Assembly (NCBI GenBank): GCA_044226625.1
Contig: JBGAGQ010000067.1
Span: forward strand, 1 to 34,391
Length of the DNA stretch: 34,391 nucleotides
Reading direction: 5' to 3'
Source of the DNA: Thermoanaerobaculia bacterium
Lineage (GTDB): Bacteria > Acidobacteriota > Thermoanaerobaculia > Multivoradales > UBA5704
Shown: piece by piece, positions 7,901-16,700 of the stretch
Numbering within the stretch: position 1 is the stretch's first letter
Layout: each line of letters starts with the position of its first letter
Program-made: the position numbers and the translations under genes
The notes under the pieces: model-generated
The model's input: only the letters and a program-made list of their open reading frames with translations
Database searches by the model: none
What the model was told of the DNA's origin: nothing

Positions 7901-10900
7901 CTCGACCTCGCCCAGCTCCAGCCGGACGCCGCGCACCTTCACCTGGCGGTCGGCGCGGCCGAGGTAGAGGATCTCCCCTTGGGCGTTCCATTTCGCGAGG
8001 TCGCCCGTGCGGTAGGCGCGGTCGCCGGGGCGCCCGGCCTCGCCCGCGAACGGGTTCGGGATGAAGCGCTCGGCGGTCAGATCGGGTCTCCCGACGTAGC
8101 CGCGCGCGACGCCGTCGCCCGCGATCAGCAGCTCGCCCGGGGTGCCCGCGGGGACCGCGGCGAGCGCCGGGCTTACCACGTAGGTGCGCACGTTGCCGTT
8201 CGGTCGGCCGATCGGCACGGCGGCGCGCGCGAAGTCCGGTTCGAGGCGCAGCGACACGCAATCGATCACCGCCTCGGTCGGGCCGAATAGGTTGTAGATC
8301 TCGGCCCCGGGGAACAGGTCCTGGAAGCGGAGCACGAGATCCGGAGCGAGCGCCTCGCCGCCGGAGAACATCCGCCGCAGCGTCCGGCAGGCCGCCACCT
8401 CGGGCTCGTCGAGAAACGGTCGCAGCAGCGACGGCACGAGCTGAAGCACGGTGATCCGGTCCGCCTGGACGCGGCGTACTAGCGCCCCGGTATCCTGGTG
8501 CTCGCCTGGCTTCGCAATCACCAGGAGCGCGCCCGAAAACAGCGGCGTGAAGTACTCCCACATCGAGGCGTCGAAGACGATCGGGGTCTTCTGCAGGAAG
8601 CGATCGACCGCGCCTACGGGTTCGAGGACGAGCGGATGCTCGATCAGGCTCCAAAGCACCCGGTTCGCGACCGAGGCGTGGGTGACCGCGACGCCCTTGG
8701 GCTTGCCCGTCGAGCCCGAAGTGAAGATGACGTAGGCGAGGTTCTCGGCGTCGTGCGGCGCCGACACCGCGAAGAGGTCGGGCGCGGCCCCCCCCTCCTC
8801 GAGGATCTCCTCGATCGCGAGCGCCGGTGTCGGCGCAACCGCAGGGGTCGATGGCGCGAGTTTCGCGAGGAATTTCCGCTGCGCGAGGACCCGGAACGCC
8901 GAGCCCGCCTCGATCACCTCGGCGATGCGCTCCGCCGGATGCTCCGGATCGACCGGTACGAAACAGCCGCCGGAGGCGAGAATCCCGAGCATCCCTGCGA
9001 CCATCTCGAACGACCGCTCGGTGACCAAGGCGACCGGCGTCTCCACGTCGACGCCCTCGGATCGCAGTCGACGCGCGATCCGCGCCGCGGCCGCCGCGAG
9101 ATCGGCGAAGGTCCACCGCAGACCGTCGAGCGCGAGCGCCGGGCGCTCCGGGGTCCGGCCCGCTTGCAGGGCGAAGAGGCGGTCGAGTCGCAGCTCCGCG
9201 CCATAGTCGGCGCCGCTCCGGTTCCAACCGAGGAGCACCGCCTCGCGCTCCGCCGGGTCGAGCAGCGGCAGCTCGGACAGCCTCGCCGACGACCGGTCGG
9301 TCACCGCTTCGAGCAGCGCCTCGAAACGGGCAAGCATCCGGTCGACCGTCGCCGGATCGAACAGATCGGCGCTGTATTCGACCCAGGCCTGGAGCCCCTC
9401 CGGAGTCGGGGTCAAATTAAGTAGCCAATCGATCTGCGCCGTGACGCGCGGCACCGGCAGCGACGCGATCTCTAGCCCCGGAAGCGCGAGCTCGGCCGGC
9501 GGCAGGTTGTGCAGGTTCACCTTGGTCTGGAAGATCGGCGAGAACGCCCGGCTCCGCTCCGGATTGATCGCCTCGACCAGCTTGTCGAACGGCAGATCTT
9601 GATGGGCGAACGCGGCGAGCGTCGTCTCCCGGACCCGCGCGAGGAGCGCGCGAAACTCCGGATCGCCTCCAGTGCGGCAGCGCAACGGAAGCTGATTGAT
9701 GAAGAAGCCGACCGTCCCCTCGGTTTCGCCCCGGTTCCGGCCGGCGAGGTCGGTGCCGATCACCAGATCGTCGACCCCAGCGAGCCCGCCGAGGAGCGCG
9801 GACCCCGTCGCGAGCACCACCATGAAGGGCGTCGCGGCCTCGGCGCGGGCGAGCTGCTCGACCCGCTCGAGCAGGGTCGAGGGCATCGCTCGCGCCCGCG
9901 CGCCACCGCGGCTGCTCATCACGCCCGGCCGCGGCCGGTCGCTCGGTAGATCGAGACGCTGCGGCGCTTCGCCGAGCTCCCGGCGCCAGAAATCGACCAG
10001 GACGTCAAACGCCTCGCCGCCGAGCCATCCGCGCTGCCAACGCGCGTAGTCGGCGTACTGCAGCTCGGGCTCGGGCAGCGGCGACGGCCGGCCGGCCGAG
10101 TAGGCGGCGTAGAGCGCCGCAAGCTCTCGCGTCACCACGCCGGTAGACCAACCGTCCGAGACGATGTGATGGAGGGTGAACAGCGCCTGGTGGAGGCCCT
10201 CCTCCAGTCGCAGCAGCGAGACGCGCAGCAGCGGCCCGCGGGCAAGGTCGAACGGCAGCAGCCCCTCGGCGCGGCCGAGCCGCCGGGCTTCCTCTTCGCG
10301 GAGCGCCGAGCCCAGCCCCAAGAGGTCGATCTCGCGCAGCGGGAAGCGCTCGGCCTCCGGCCCGATCACCTGGACCGGCTCCGAGCCGGCGAGGGCGAAC
10401 GTCGTGCGCAGCGCCTCGTGGCGGCGGACGATCTCGGAGACCGCGGCGGCGAACGCGGGGCGGGACAGGCGGCCAGCGAGCGAGAGCGCGACGGGGATGT
10501 TGTAGAACGGGCTCCCCGGCTGCATTTGGTCGACGAACCAGAGGCGCGATTGCGCGAAGCTCAGCGGCTCGCCCTTCGGATTACGCTCGCCGCGCACGAG
10601 GGGCGGGGCTTCGAGGCGCGGATCGGCACGCAGCCCCTGGTCGATCCGGGCTGAGAGGTCCGCGACGGTCGGCAGCTCGAACAGGCTGCGCAGCGGCACG
10701 TCGACGCCGAACGTGCGGCGCAGGCGCGATCCGAGCTGGGTCGCGTGGAGCGAATGGAACCCCAGGTCGAAGACGTTGTCGTGGATGCCGATCCGTTCGA
10801 TCCCGAGCAGTGCGGCGAGGCGCTCGGCGACCAACTGTTCGGTGGGGGTGCGCGGCGCCTGGTAGGCGCCGCCGCGCCCGGTGCGGCCGGCCTGGCTCCC

Positions 10901-13750
10901 CTCGATCGGCGGCAGCGCACGGCGGTCGACCTTGCCCGAAGAGAGGCGCGGAAGCGCCGGCAGCACCGCCCAGTCGGCTGGCACCATCACCTCGGGGAGA
11001 GTCTTCGCGAGCTTCGCCGCGAGGGCGACGACGTCCAGCGCCGCCCCTCCGGCCGCGCCCTCGCTCGCGACCAGATAGGCCGCGAGGCGCGGGTCGCCCG
11101 GACGATCCTCGCGCAACGCGACCGCCGCTTCGGCCACGCCGGGCTCGGCGACCAAAGCCGCTTCGATCTCTTCGAGCTCCACGCGGACGCCGCGGATCTT
11201 CACCTGCGCATCGATCCGGCCGAGGTACTGGAGCACGCCCGACGCGCTCCAGCGGCCGAGATCGCCGGTCCGGTAGAGCCGTTCGCCCGCGGAGCCGCTC
11301 GCGCCGTCCGGGACGAAGCGCTCGGCCGTCAGATCCGGCCGGCCGAGATAGCCGCGCGCGAGCCCCGCGCCGCCGATCGCGATCTCGCCACGGCTGGAGG
11401 TGGGAGACCACCGCCCACGACGGTCGAGCAGCACGATCCTGTCGTTCGCGATCGGCGCGCCGATCGGGACGATCGCCTCCCGCTCCGCGCCCGTGGCGGC
11501 GTGGTACGTGGCGTCGATCGCCGCCTCGGTCGGTCCGTAGGTGTTGACCGGCGCGACCCCCAGCCGGTCGAGCGCGCGCGCCGCGAGGTCGGACGGGAGC
11601 GCCTCGCCGCCGCAGAACAGCCGCCGGAGCACGCCCTTGCAGGTCGCGGCCTCCTCCGTCGCGAGCAGCGGACCGAGCAGCGAAGGCACCAGCTGGAGCA
11701 CGGTGATCCGGCGTTCGGCGATCGAGCGAGCGAGGTAGGCGACGTCGCCGTGACCACCGGGCCGGGAGAGGAACAGCCGCGCCCCGACCGCGAGCGGCAG
11801 GAAGATCTCCCAAATCGAGGCGTCGAACGAGTAGGGGGTCTTCGCGAACACCCGGTCACCCGTCTCAAGGGGGAACCGGTCTTGCAGCCAGAGCAGCCGG
11901 TTCGCGATCGCCCCGTGGCTCACCGCCACGCCTTTCGGCCGGCCGGTCGAGCCGGAGGTGTAGATCACGTAGGCCAAGTCGTCCGCATCGGGCCCGCCCG
12001 GCGTTGCCGAAACGGCCGGTGCTTCGTTTCCGTCCTCCGCGCTCCAGGTCCGAAGGTCGAGCACCGGCAGACCGCACGTGGCCACGTCCTCGGGCGACCC
12101 TTCGCCCGCGATCAACAGCACAGGCTTCGCGTCGCCGAGCATCCAGGCGCGGCGCTCGGCCGGCAGCGCCGGGTCGATCGGCAAGTAGGCGGCTCCCGCC
12201 CGGAGGATCGCGAGCAGGGCCGTCACCCGTTCGGGCGACGGATCGAGCGCCAGCGCAACGATCGAGCCCCGGCCGACGCCCCGTCGGGCGAGCGCCGCGG
12301 CGAGCGCCGACGACTCGCCGTCGAGGCGCCGGTAGGTCCGGTCGCCGGCCTCGCTTTCGAGCGCCGTTTCATCCGGAGTCCGTGCCGCTTGCGCCGCGAA
12401 CAGACCGGAGAGGGTGCGGATCGCGCCGAAATCCCGCGCCGGACCGGTCCCCAGTGCCACGAGCATCTCTCGCTCAGCCTTGCCGACGATCGAAAGATCG
12501 CCGATCGACGCCGTCGGCCGCGCCACGGCGTCGGCAAGAAGCGCAAGGAAGCGCTCCGCCAAACGCCGAGCGTCGGCCTCGGCGACGCGGCTCGTGTCGA
12601 AGCCCAGCTCCAGCTCGAGCTTCCGGTCGCTCGACCCATCGGCCGCGCCGGCCGCGCCGGCACCGCGAAGCTCGAACAGGAACCGGTCACTGATCACCTC
12701 GCGATCCTCGACGCGGAACACTGCCCCACCCGCCTCGATCGTCGCCTTCGCACCGCGCGGAACGAACGAAAACGGCAGATCGGCTGGCGTCGAGCCGGGG
12801 AGCAGGTGCTCGGCGAAGACCTCCTCGAAACCGCGCCGCTCGGCGAGCGCCGCTCCCACGCGGGCGACGGCCTCGGCGAACGGCAGATCAGCCGGCAGGT
12901 CGAACGGCACCGGGATGCGCGCGGCGAACAAGCCGATCGCCCCTTCGAGCTCGGCAAACTTCCTTCCGAAGAACGCGACGGAGAGGGCGACCTTCGCGCG
13001 TTCCGAGAGCCGGGCGAGCAGCGCCGCCCAGGCGGCCGCGAGCAAGTCGGCCGGCGCCGCGCCGAGAGCTCGTGCGGCCGCGCCCATCTCGGCCGGCGCC
13101 ATGAGCGAGATCCTACCGGGGGCGAAATCGCCGGAGGCTTGCAGCTCGATCGGCAGCTCGGCGGGATCGAGCGCCGGGATCTCCTGGCGCGCCCAATAGC
13201 CGCGGCCCGCCACGGTGTCGGGCGATTCGAGCAGGTCGCAGAGCCAATCGGCGAGGTCGACGTATTGGAGCGACTCCTCCGTCGGCCGTTCCGCCGCTTC
13301 GCCCCGCCTCTCGCCATAGGCCGCGGCGATCGCACGAACGAGAAGGTCGAGGCCCGTCTCGTCGACGAGCATCGCCGGCAGCGCGAGATCGAGCACCGCC
13401 GCGCCCCCTTCGCGCTCCCTCAGCGAGGCGGTGAGCAGCGGCGGGCGCGCGAGGTCGGCTGGCGGGCACGGACACCCTTCGAGCCGGAGCTCGAGCTTCG
13501 CCGTCCCCTCGACCACCTGCAAGGGGGTGCTCATCCCCGACGGAGTACGGAATCCCGTGCGCAGGATCTCCCACCGCTCGCACAGAGTGGCGAGGGCGGC
13601 CTCGAGAGCGCTTCGATCGAGGGGGCCTTCGATCGCCACACGGCAGCGCGCGATGTATGGCGAAAGGGCGTCGCTCGATCCCAGCGCCGCGATCCGCCGC
13701 CAGAGGCGCGCCTGCTCGGGCGCCAAACGGAAACCTTGCATCTCGCTCAA
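4907..13750 (-). CDS. NRPS I-A(Gln-like)-T-C-A(Gln)-T-C-TauD/SyrP-like Fe(II)/alpha-ketoglutarate dioxygenase (2947 aa)
   Basis: N-terminal GFRLAPEQ degenerate C-like domain with no HHxxxDG (LPAMLVDETG). Two A domains with codes DAWQFGTIDK and DAWQFGLIDK. T motifs GFHSL and GGHSL. C motifs HHIVSDG and HHIASDA. C-terminal GAILFRGF, WHNENSF, DNVLVAHGR. TTG start preceded by GGAGAGGA. Confidence 0.96.
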   Translation of the reverse strand: MSEMQGFRLAPEQARLWRRIAALGSSDALSPYIARCRVAIEGPLDRSALEAALATLCERWEILRTGFRTPSGMSTPLQVVEGTAKLELRLEGCPCPPADLARPPLLTASLREREGGAAVLDLALPAMLVDETGLDLLVRAIAAAYGERRGEAAERPTEESLQYVDLADWLCDLLESPDTVAGRGYWARQEIPALDPAELPIELQASGDFAPGRISLMAPAEMGAAARALGAAPADLLAAAWAALLARLSERAKVALSVAFFGRKFAELEGAIGLFAARIPVPFDLPADLPFAEAVARVGAALAERRGFEEVFAEHLLPGSTPADLPFSFVPRGAKATIEAGGAVFRVEDREVISDRFLFELRGAGAAGAADGSSDRKLELELGFDTSRVAEADARRLAERFLALLADAVARPTASIGDLSIVGKAEREMLVALGTGPARDFGAIRTLSGLFAAQAARTPDETALESEAGDRTYRRLDGESSALAAALARRGVGRGSIVALALDPSPERVTALLAILRAGAAYLPIDPALPAERRAWMLGDAKPVLLIAGEGSPEDVATCGLPVLDLRTWSAEDGNEAPAVSATPGGPDADDLAYVIYTSGSTGRPKGVAVSHGAIANRLLWLQDRFPLETGDRVFAKTPYSFDASIWEIFLPLAVGARLFLSRPGGHGDVAYLARSIAERRITVLQLVPSLLGPLLATEEAATCKGVLRRLFCGGEALPSDLAARALDRLGVAPVNTYGPTEAAIDATYHAATGAEREAIVPIGAPIANDRIVLLDRRGRWSPTSSRGEIAIGGAGLARGYLGRPDLTAERFVPDGASGSAGERLYRTGDLGRWSASGVLQYLGRIDAQVKIRGVRVELEEIEAALVAEPGVAEAAVALREDRPGDPRLAAYLVASEGAAGGAALDVVALAAKLAKTLPEVMVPADWAVLPALPRLSSGKVDRRALPPIEGSQAGRTGRGGAYQAPRTPTEQLVAERLAALLGIERIGIHDNVFDLGFHSLHATQLGSRLRRTFGVDVPLRSLFELPTVADLSARIDQGLRADPRLEAPPLVRGERNPKGEPLSFAQSRLWFVDQMQPGSPFYNIPVALSLAGRLSRPAFAAAVSEIVRRHEALRTTFALAGSEPVQVIGPEAERFPLREIDLLGLGSALREEEARRLGRAEGLLPFDLARGPLLRVSLLRLEEGLHQALFTLHHIVSDGWSTGVVTRELAALYAAYSAGRPSPLPEPELQYADYARWQRGWLGGEAFDVLVDFWRRELGEAPQRLDLPSDRPRPGVMSSRGGARARAMPSTLLERVEQLARAEAATPFMVVLATGSALLGGLAGVDDLVIGTDLAGRNRGETEGTVGFFINQLPLRCRTGGDPEFRALLARVRETTLAAFAHQDLPFDKLVEAINPERSRAFSPIFQTKVNLHNLPPAELALPGLEIASLPVPRVTAQIDWLLNLTPTPEGLQAWVEYSADLFDPATVDRMLARFEALLEAVTDRSSARLSELPLLDPAEREAVLLGWNRSGADYGAELRLDRLFALQAGRTPERPALALDGLRWTFADLAAAAARIARRLRSEGVDVETPVALVTERSFEMVAGMLGILASGGCFVPVDPEHPAERIAEVIEAGSAFRVLAQRKFLAKLAPSTPAVAPTPALAIEEILEEGGAAPDLFAVSAPHDAENLAYVIFTSGSTGKPKGVAVTHASVANRVLWSLIEHPLVLEPVGAVDRFLQKTPIVFDASMWEYFTPLFSGALLVIAKPGEHQDTGALVRRVQADRITVLQLVPSLLRPFLDEPEVAACRTLRRMFSGGEALAPDLVLRFQDLFPGAEIYNLFGPTEAVIDCVSLRLEPDFARAAVPIGRPNGNVRTYVVSPALAAVPAGTPGELLIAGDGVARGYVGRPDLTAERFIPNPFAGEAGRPGDRAYRTGDLAKWNAQGEILYLGRADRQVKVRGVRLELGEVEARLAEHPAVGQAVVLAIDEGGSKRLVGYVVPREGAEEGLAEELRGFLAARLPAALVPSAFVRLESFPRSPSGKLDLGALPVPQIAEGEEPDARPRSATEEILAGFFAEVLERRHVGLDDDFFALGGHSLSATRVVSRARRAFGVELGVHQLFDAPTIAALAREVEGALAGSQGGAEGRAAAPAFERIPRDGSRFDLSFAQQRLWFLEQMRPGTAMFNIPDAVRLRGDLDVRALKIALGSIVARHESLRTVFPALRGEPAPRILPPSAPDLPRIDLSALGAARSGVRMRECRRLLASDGDRPLDLAIGPLLRVRLFELEAGDHVLAFTIHHIASDAWSSGVFVRELAQLYAAAAAGEPEPLRLLPPLPFQYADFAAWQRRFLAGETLERELAWWRDRLEGAPPLLDLPADRRRPARPSDRGATRSVFLSGPVAEGLKAIGRREGATPFMVLFAAWLVVVKKLTGRDDLVVGTDVANRNREETEGIVGFFINQLALRVSLAGDPSFSELVARVRKTALAAYAHQDVPFDALVDTLKLDRSVGHAPLFQVKLFLENASRPGGATPGLSVEPMEVEIRVAKLDLVLAFWDRPEGFVGWVNYSTDLFDAPRVERWMRQLATVAGRAGLAPDAPLSELLGALADIEREEQAMEKKDLKNLSFRSFKSVQPKPVAIAAQEIVRKGYFSPDQKLPLVVTPAVPDADLAEWAAGHEAEIRADLLAHGAILFRGFGVDTPEVLEAFASKLCAHLFNENGEHPRESVTGNVYTPVFYPQDQRLLWHNENSFNWRWPLKIFFACAQPAAEGGETPLVDSRRVYEEIPEEIRRAFEEKGVLYQRTYSEGLGLPWQTVFQTDDIGEVEREALETRVELSWRSGDRLRTRGGRPAVIPHPVTGEKTWFNQGQHWHVACLDPTTSQSMRSLFPDDELPRHLFFGDGMPIPDEWMATILDVYDRLEVKFPWQKGDVVLVDNVLVAHGRNPYRGPRKILVAMGEMTSYDDVGGAQ
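4915..4921 (-). promoter_or_regulatory. Shine-Dalgarno (GGAGGAG) for the I-A(Asn)-T gene, translational coupling
   Basis: 4 nt upstream of ATG 4910, with an ATGA stop/start overlap. Confidence 0.7.
4930..5965 (-). other. NRPS-fused TauD/SyrP-like beta-hydroxylase domain
   Basis: H-x-E (HNE, 5570-5578) plus a distal His in AHGR (~4995). Also GGETP, WFNQ and WQKGDVVLVDN. Confidence 0.9.
5972..5976 (-). promoter_or_regulatory. Candidate internal Shine-Dalgarno (AGGAG) before in-frame ATG 5965 at the start of the hydroxylase region
   Basis: Minus strand reads gagAGGAGcaggccATGgagaagaag, a 6-nt spacer. Could be coincidental Glu-Glu codons. Confidence 0.35.
12500..13750 (-). other. Interface (I) domain 1, catalytically degenerate C-family domain
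   Basis: GFRLAPEQ start, WEILRT, HHxxxDG replaced by PAMLVDE, LQYVDLADW, GAIGLFA. Sits N-terminal to an A domain whose true C is on the upstream protein. Confidence 0.8.
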
Positions 13751-13759
13751 ATCCGACGT

Positions 13760-13767
13760 TCCTCTCC
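13760..13767 (-). promoter_or_regulatory. Shine-Dalgarno (GGAGAGGA) for the 2947-aa NRPS
   Basis: 9 nt upstream of TTG 13750, in a 33-nt intergenic gap. The alternative ATG at 13741 is 18 nt away. Confidence 0.6.
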
Positions 13768-13783
13768 GCTCACGACGATCCGA

Positions 13784-16700
13784 TCAAACCTGGCTTGCGG
13801 CTGGACGCCGCCGCGCCTTCAATTTTTCTCTGGCGACGTCGGCGACCGAGGCCGCTGTCGCCGCGACCCGCTCGCGGTCCAGCGCCGCGAGCCGCTCGAT
13901 CGCCTGGCCGAGCGTCGAGCCCGCCTCGGCCGACAACGCCGCGAGCGCCGCCTGAAGCTTCTTGAGCTTGTGCTGGATCGTCGCCGCGTCGAACCGCCGT
14001 CGGTCGTAGGTGAGCTGCAGCTCCAGGCCCGGCTGGGGGATCACGCGCAGCGACAGCGGTAGGTTGGTCGACACGTCGTAATCCGGCATCCGCATCTCAA
14101 ACGAGAGCCGCCCTTCCGGCTTGGTGAACGGGAAGTTCCAGAATTCGAACGCGGTGTCGAACAGGCCCCGGTCGGCGGGCAGTCCGGCCGCCCGCTGCGC
14201 CTCGACGAGCGGCGCGTGCGAGTAGCCCAGCAGCTCGGCTTGCTCGACCTGGAACGAGCGCAGCCACTCGCCCACCGGCGTTTCGGCGGCGAGCCGCGCG
14301 CGCACCGGCAGGGCGTTGATGAAGCAGCCGACGATCCGCTCGACGCCCGTAAGCTCCGGCGGCCGGCCCGAAACCGAGACGCCGTAGACCACGTCGTCGC
14401 TCCCCGCCTCTTGCGCGAGCAGAAGCGCCCAGGCGGTCGCGACCACGATCGACAGCGAGGTCTGCTCGCGCTTGCCCGCCTCGCGGACCGCCCGTTCGAG
14501 CTCTGGGTCGACCGTCGCGCCGAGCCGGATGAAATCCGCCCGCTCCGGATGCCCTCCCTCGTCCGGCCGGTCGGCCGCGAGCGGCGTCGGCCCCGAGAAG
14601 CCGCCGAGGTAGCGGCCAAAGAAGCTCTCCGTCGCTCCCGCCGCGCGCGCTGTACGCTCGGCGAGCCAGGCGATGTAGTCGCGGAACGGCCGCGTCGGCG
14701 GCAGGACCGCCTCCTCGCCGCGGCGCAGCGCCTCGTAGGTCGAGAGCACCTCGACGACCAGCATGGGTGAGGACCAACCATCCATCAACAGGTGGTGGTG
14801 GCTCCAGACCACCTCCCAGCTCCGGTCCTCCGTGCGGATCAAACGGAGCCGCATGAGCGGCGGCGCCGTGAGGTCGAACGGCGTCTCGCGGTCGAGCCGG
14901 GTGAGCGCCTCGGCGCGTGCCTTCTTCTCCTCGGGTGGCAGCGCCCGAAGGTCGTCGAACGCAACCGGTAGGGTGGCACGCGACGCCACCAGCTGGAGCG
15001 GCTGGTCGAGATCTTCCCAAGCGAACCCGGTGCGCAGCGCCGGGTGGTGATCGACCGAGCGTTGCCAGGCCTCGGCGAGCGCCGCCTCCTCGATCTCTCC
15101 CACCAGGGTGCAGGTGACCTGTTCCAGGTAAACCGCCTGTTTGCCCGCGGCGAGCGTGTCGAAGAGGAATCCCTGCTGGAGCGGCGACAGCGGATAGGCA
15201 TCGACGGCGTCGCGTCCCGACACCAGCGCCGACAACCGCTCCGGATCGAGCCCGGCGAGCGCGAACGGCTCGCCCGCGTCCTCCCGCGTCCCAACCTCGA
15301 CTGGCAGGTCGCCGAGGGCGAGCCCCAGCTCGCGCAGGGTCTGGTGTTCGAACAGGTGGCTGCTCTGCAGGTCGATCCCCGCCTCGCGCGCCGCGGCGAC
15401 GATTTGGATTCCGAGCACCGAATCGCCGCCCATCTCGTAGAAGTTGTCGTCGATGCCGATCTCTTCGATCCCGAGCACCCGCTGCCAGATCTCGCCGAGC
15501 TTTCGCTCGGTCTCGGTGCGTGGCGCCGCGAACGGCGTCTGGACGCTGCGCGGATGCGCCGCGCGCGCAGCGGTCGAGGCGGCGGCCAGCTCGCCCGGTC
15601 CCTCGGCGCGCGCGCGCTGCATTTGTTCGAGCAACACGCGCAGGTCGCGCGGCGAGACCGCCACCTGGCGGCCGACCCGCGAGGCGAGGATGCGCCGGAA
15701 CGCCTCGACGCCCTCCTGCGGGCTCATCCCCGACTGAGCGAGCAGCGCGTCTCGCTCGCGGTCTCCCGAGCTAGCCGCCGGGGCCGATCCGGACGAGGAG
15801 GACGCAGCCTCTTGGCGCCCGGGACCTGCCGCCTGCGCGGAGGGAGCCGCTCCCTGCGCTTCGAGCCGGCCGGCCGCCGCGCCGACGCTCTTCAAGGTGA
15901 ACGCCTCGATCTCGACGACCGCGCGCCCTTCGTCGTCGAGGAGCGAGACATCGGCGGTGACCGTCTCGGCCGTCCCGTCCTCGCGCTTGCGAATCGAGCT
16001 CCAGAGCCGCACCGGCATACCACCCGCGAAACGCAGGCGCCGATAGGCGAACGGCAGGTGGCTCCCCTCTTCGAGCAGGCCGACGATCCCGGTCGCGACG
16101 TCCAGTAGCGCCGGATGGAGTGGAAGCTCCGCGAAATCCGCCGCGAAGGCGGGATCGAGCTCCAGCCGCGCGAGCGCGCACCCGTCGCCGATGTGCACCC
16201 GCTTGAGCGTCTGCCACCGATCGCCCCACCAGACCAGCGCCTCGCGATCGTCGAGCAGGCGGCCGGTCACCTCGTCGGTGCGCCCGGCGCACACATCGCG
16301 CAACGCCGACAGGTCGCGCCGGCCGAGATCCGCGGGCCCGCGACGCGCTTTGCCGAACGCGTGCTCCTGCCATTTCGCCTCGCCCGGCGCGCGGCTCGCG
16401 ATGCGGAAGCTCCAGACCTCCTCGCCCCCCCTCTCGACCCCTCGCTCGACCAGCACACGGGCCTCTTTGACGGCGCCTTCGGGGACCATTAGAGGGGTGA
16501 GGAAATAGACGTCGGACAGCTCGACCGGCGTCGCGGGATCGCCGTTCGCCGTGGCGAGGACGAACGCGGCCCGCGCCATCTCCAGCATGCCCGTGCCGGG
16601 CACCGCCGGGGTCTTCGCCACGCGATGCTCGTCGACCACCCAGAGCGCACCCGCCGAGAGGCGAGAGAGGAACACCTTGCGGGCCGGCTCATCCTCGGCG

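Noticed and set aside
7035-9227. Long alternative-frame minus-strand ORFs (730 aa here; also 2554..4641, 21995..23668, 24737..26344)
   Set aside because: Out-of-frame overlaps of NRPS coding sequence with R/P/G-rich nonsense translations. The main frames are uninterrupted, so no frameshift is implied.
1668-13750. Calling the cluster a beta-hydroxyaspartate siderophore
   Set aside because: The A code is Asn (Glu at 322) rather than Asp, and no hydroxamate/Orn module or iron-uptake gene is in the window. It cannot be excluded from the flanks but is unsupported here.
10745-14062. 1105-aa plus-strand ORF and many other long plus-strand ORFs (e.g. 29719..31848, 2997..4643, 17096..18613, 605..1621)
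   Set aside because: They lie antisense to well-formed NRPS/PKS genes, are Arg/Gly/Ala-rich with no recognisable motifs, and are expected shadow ORFs from high-GC codon bias.
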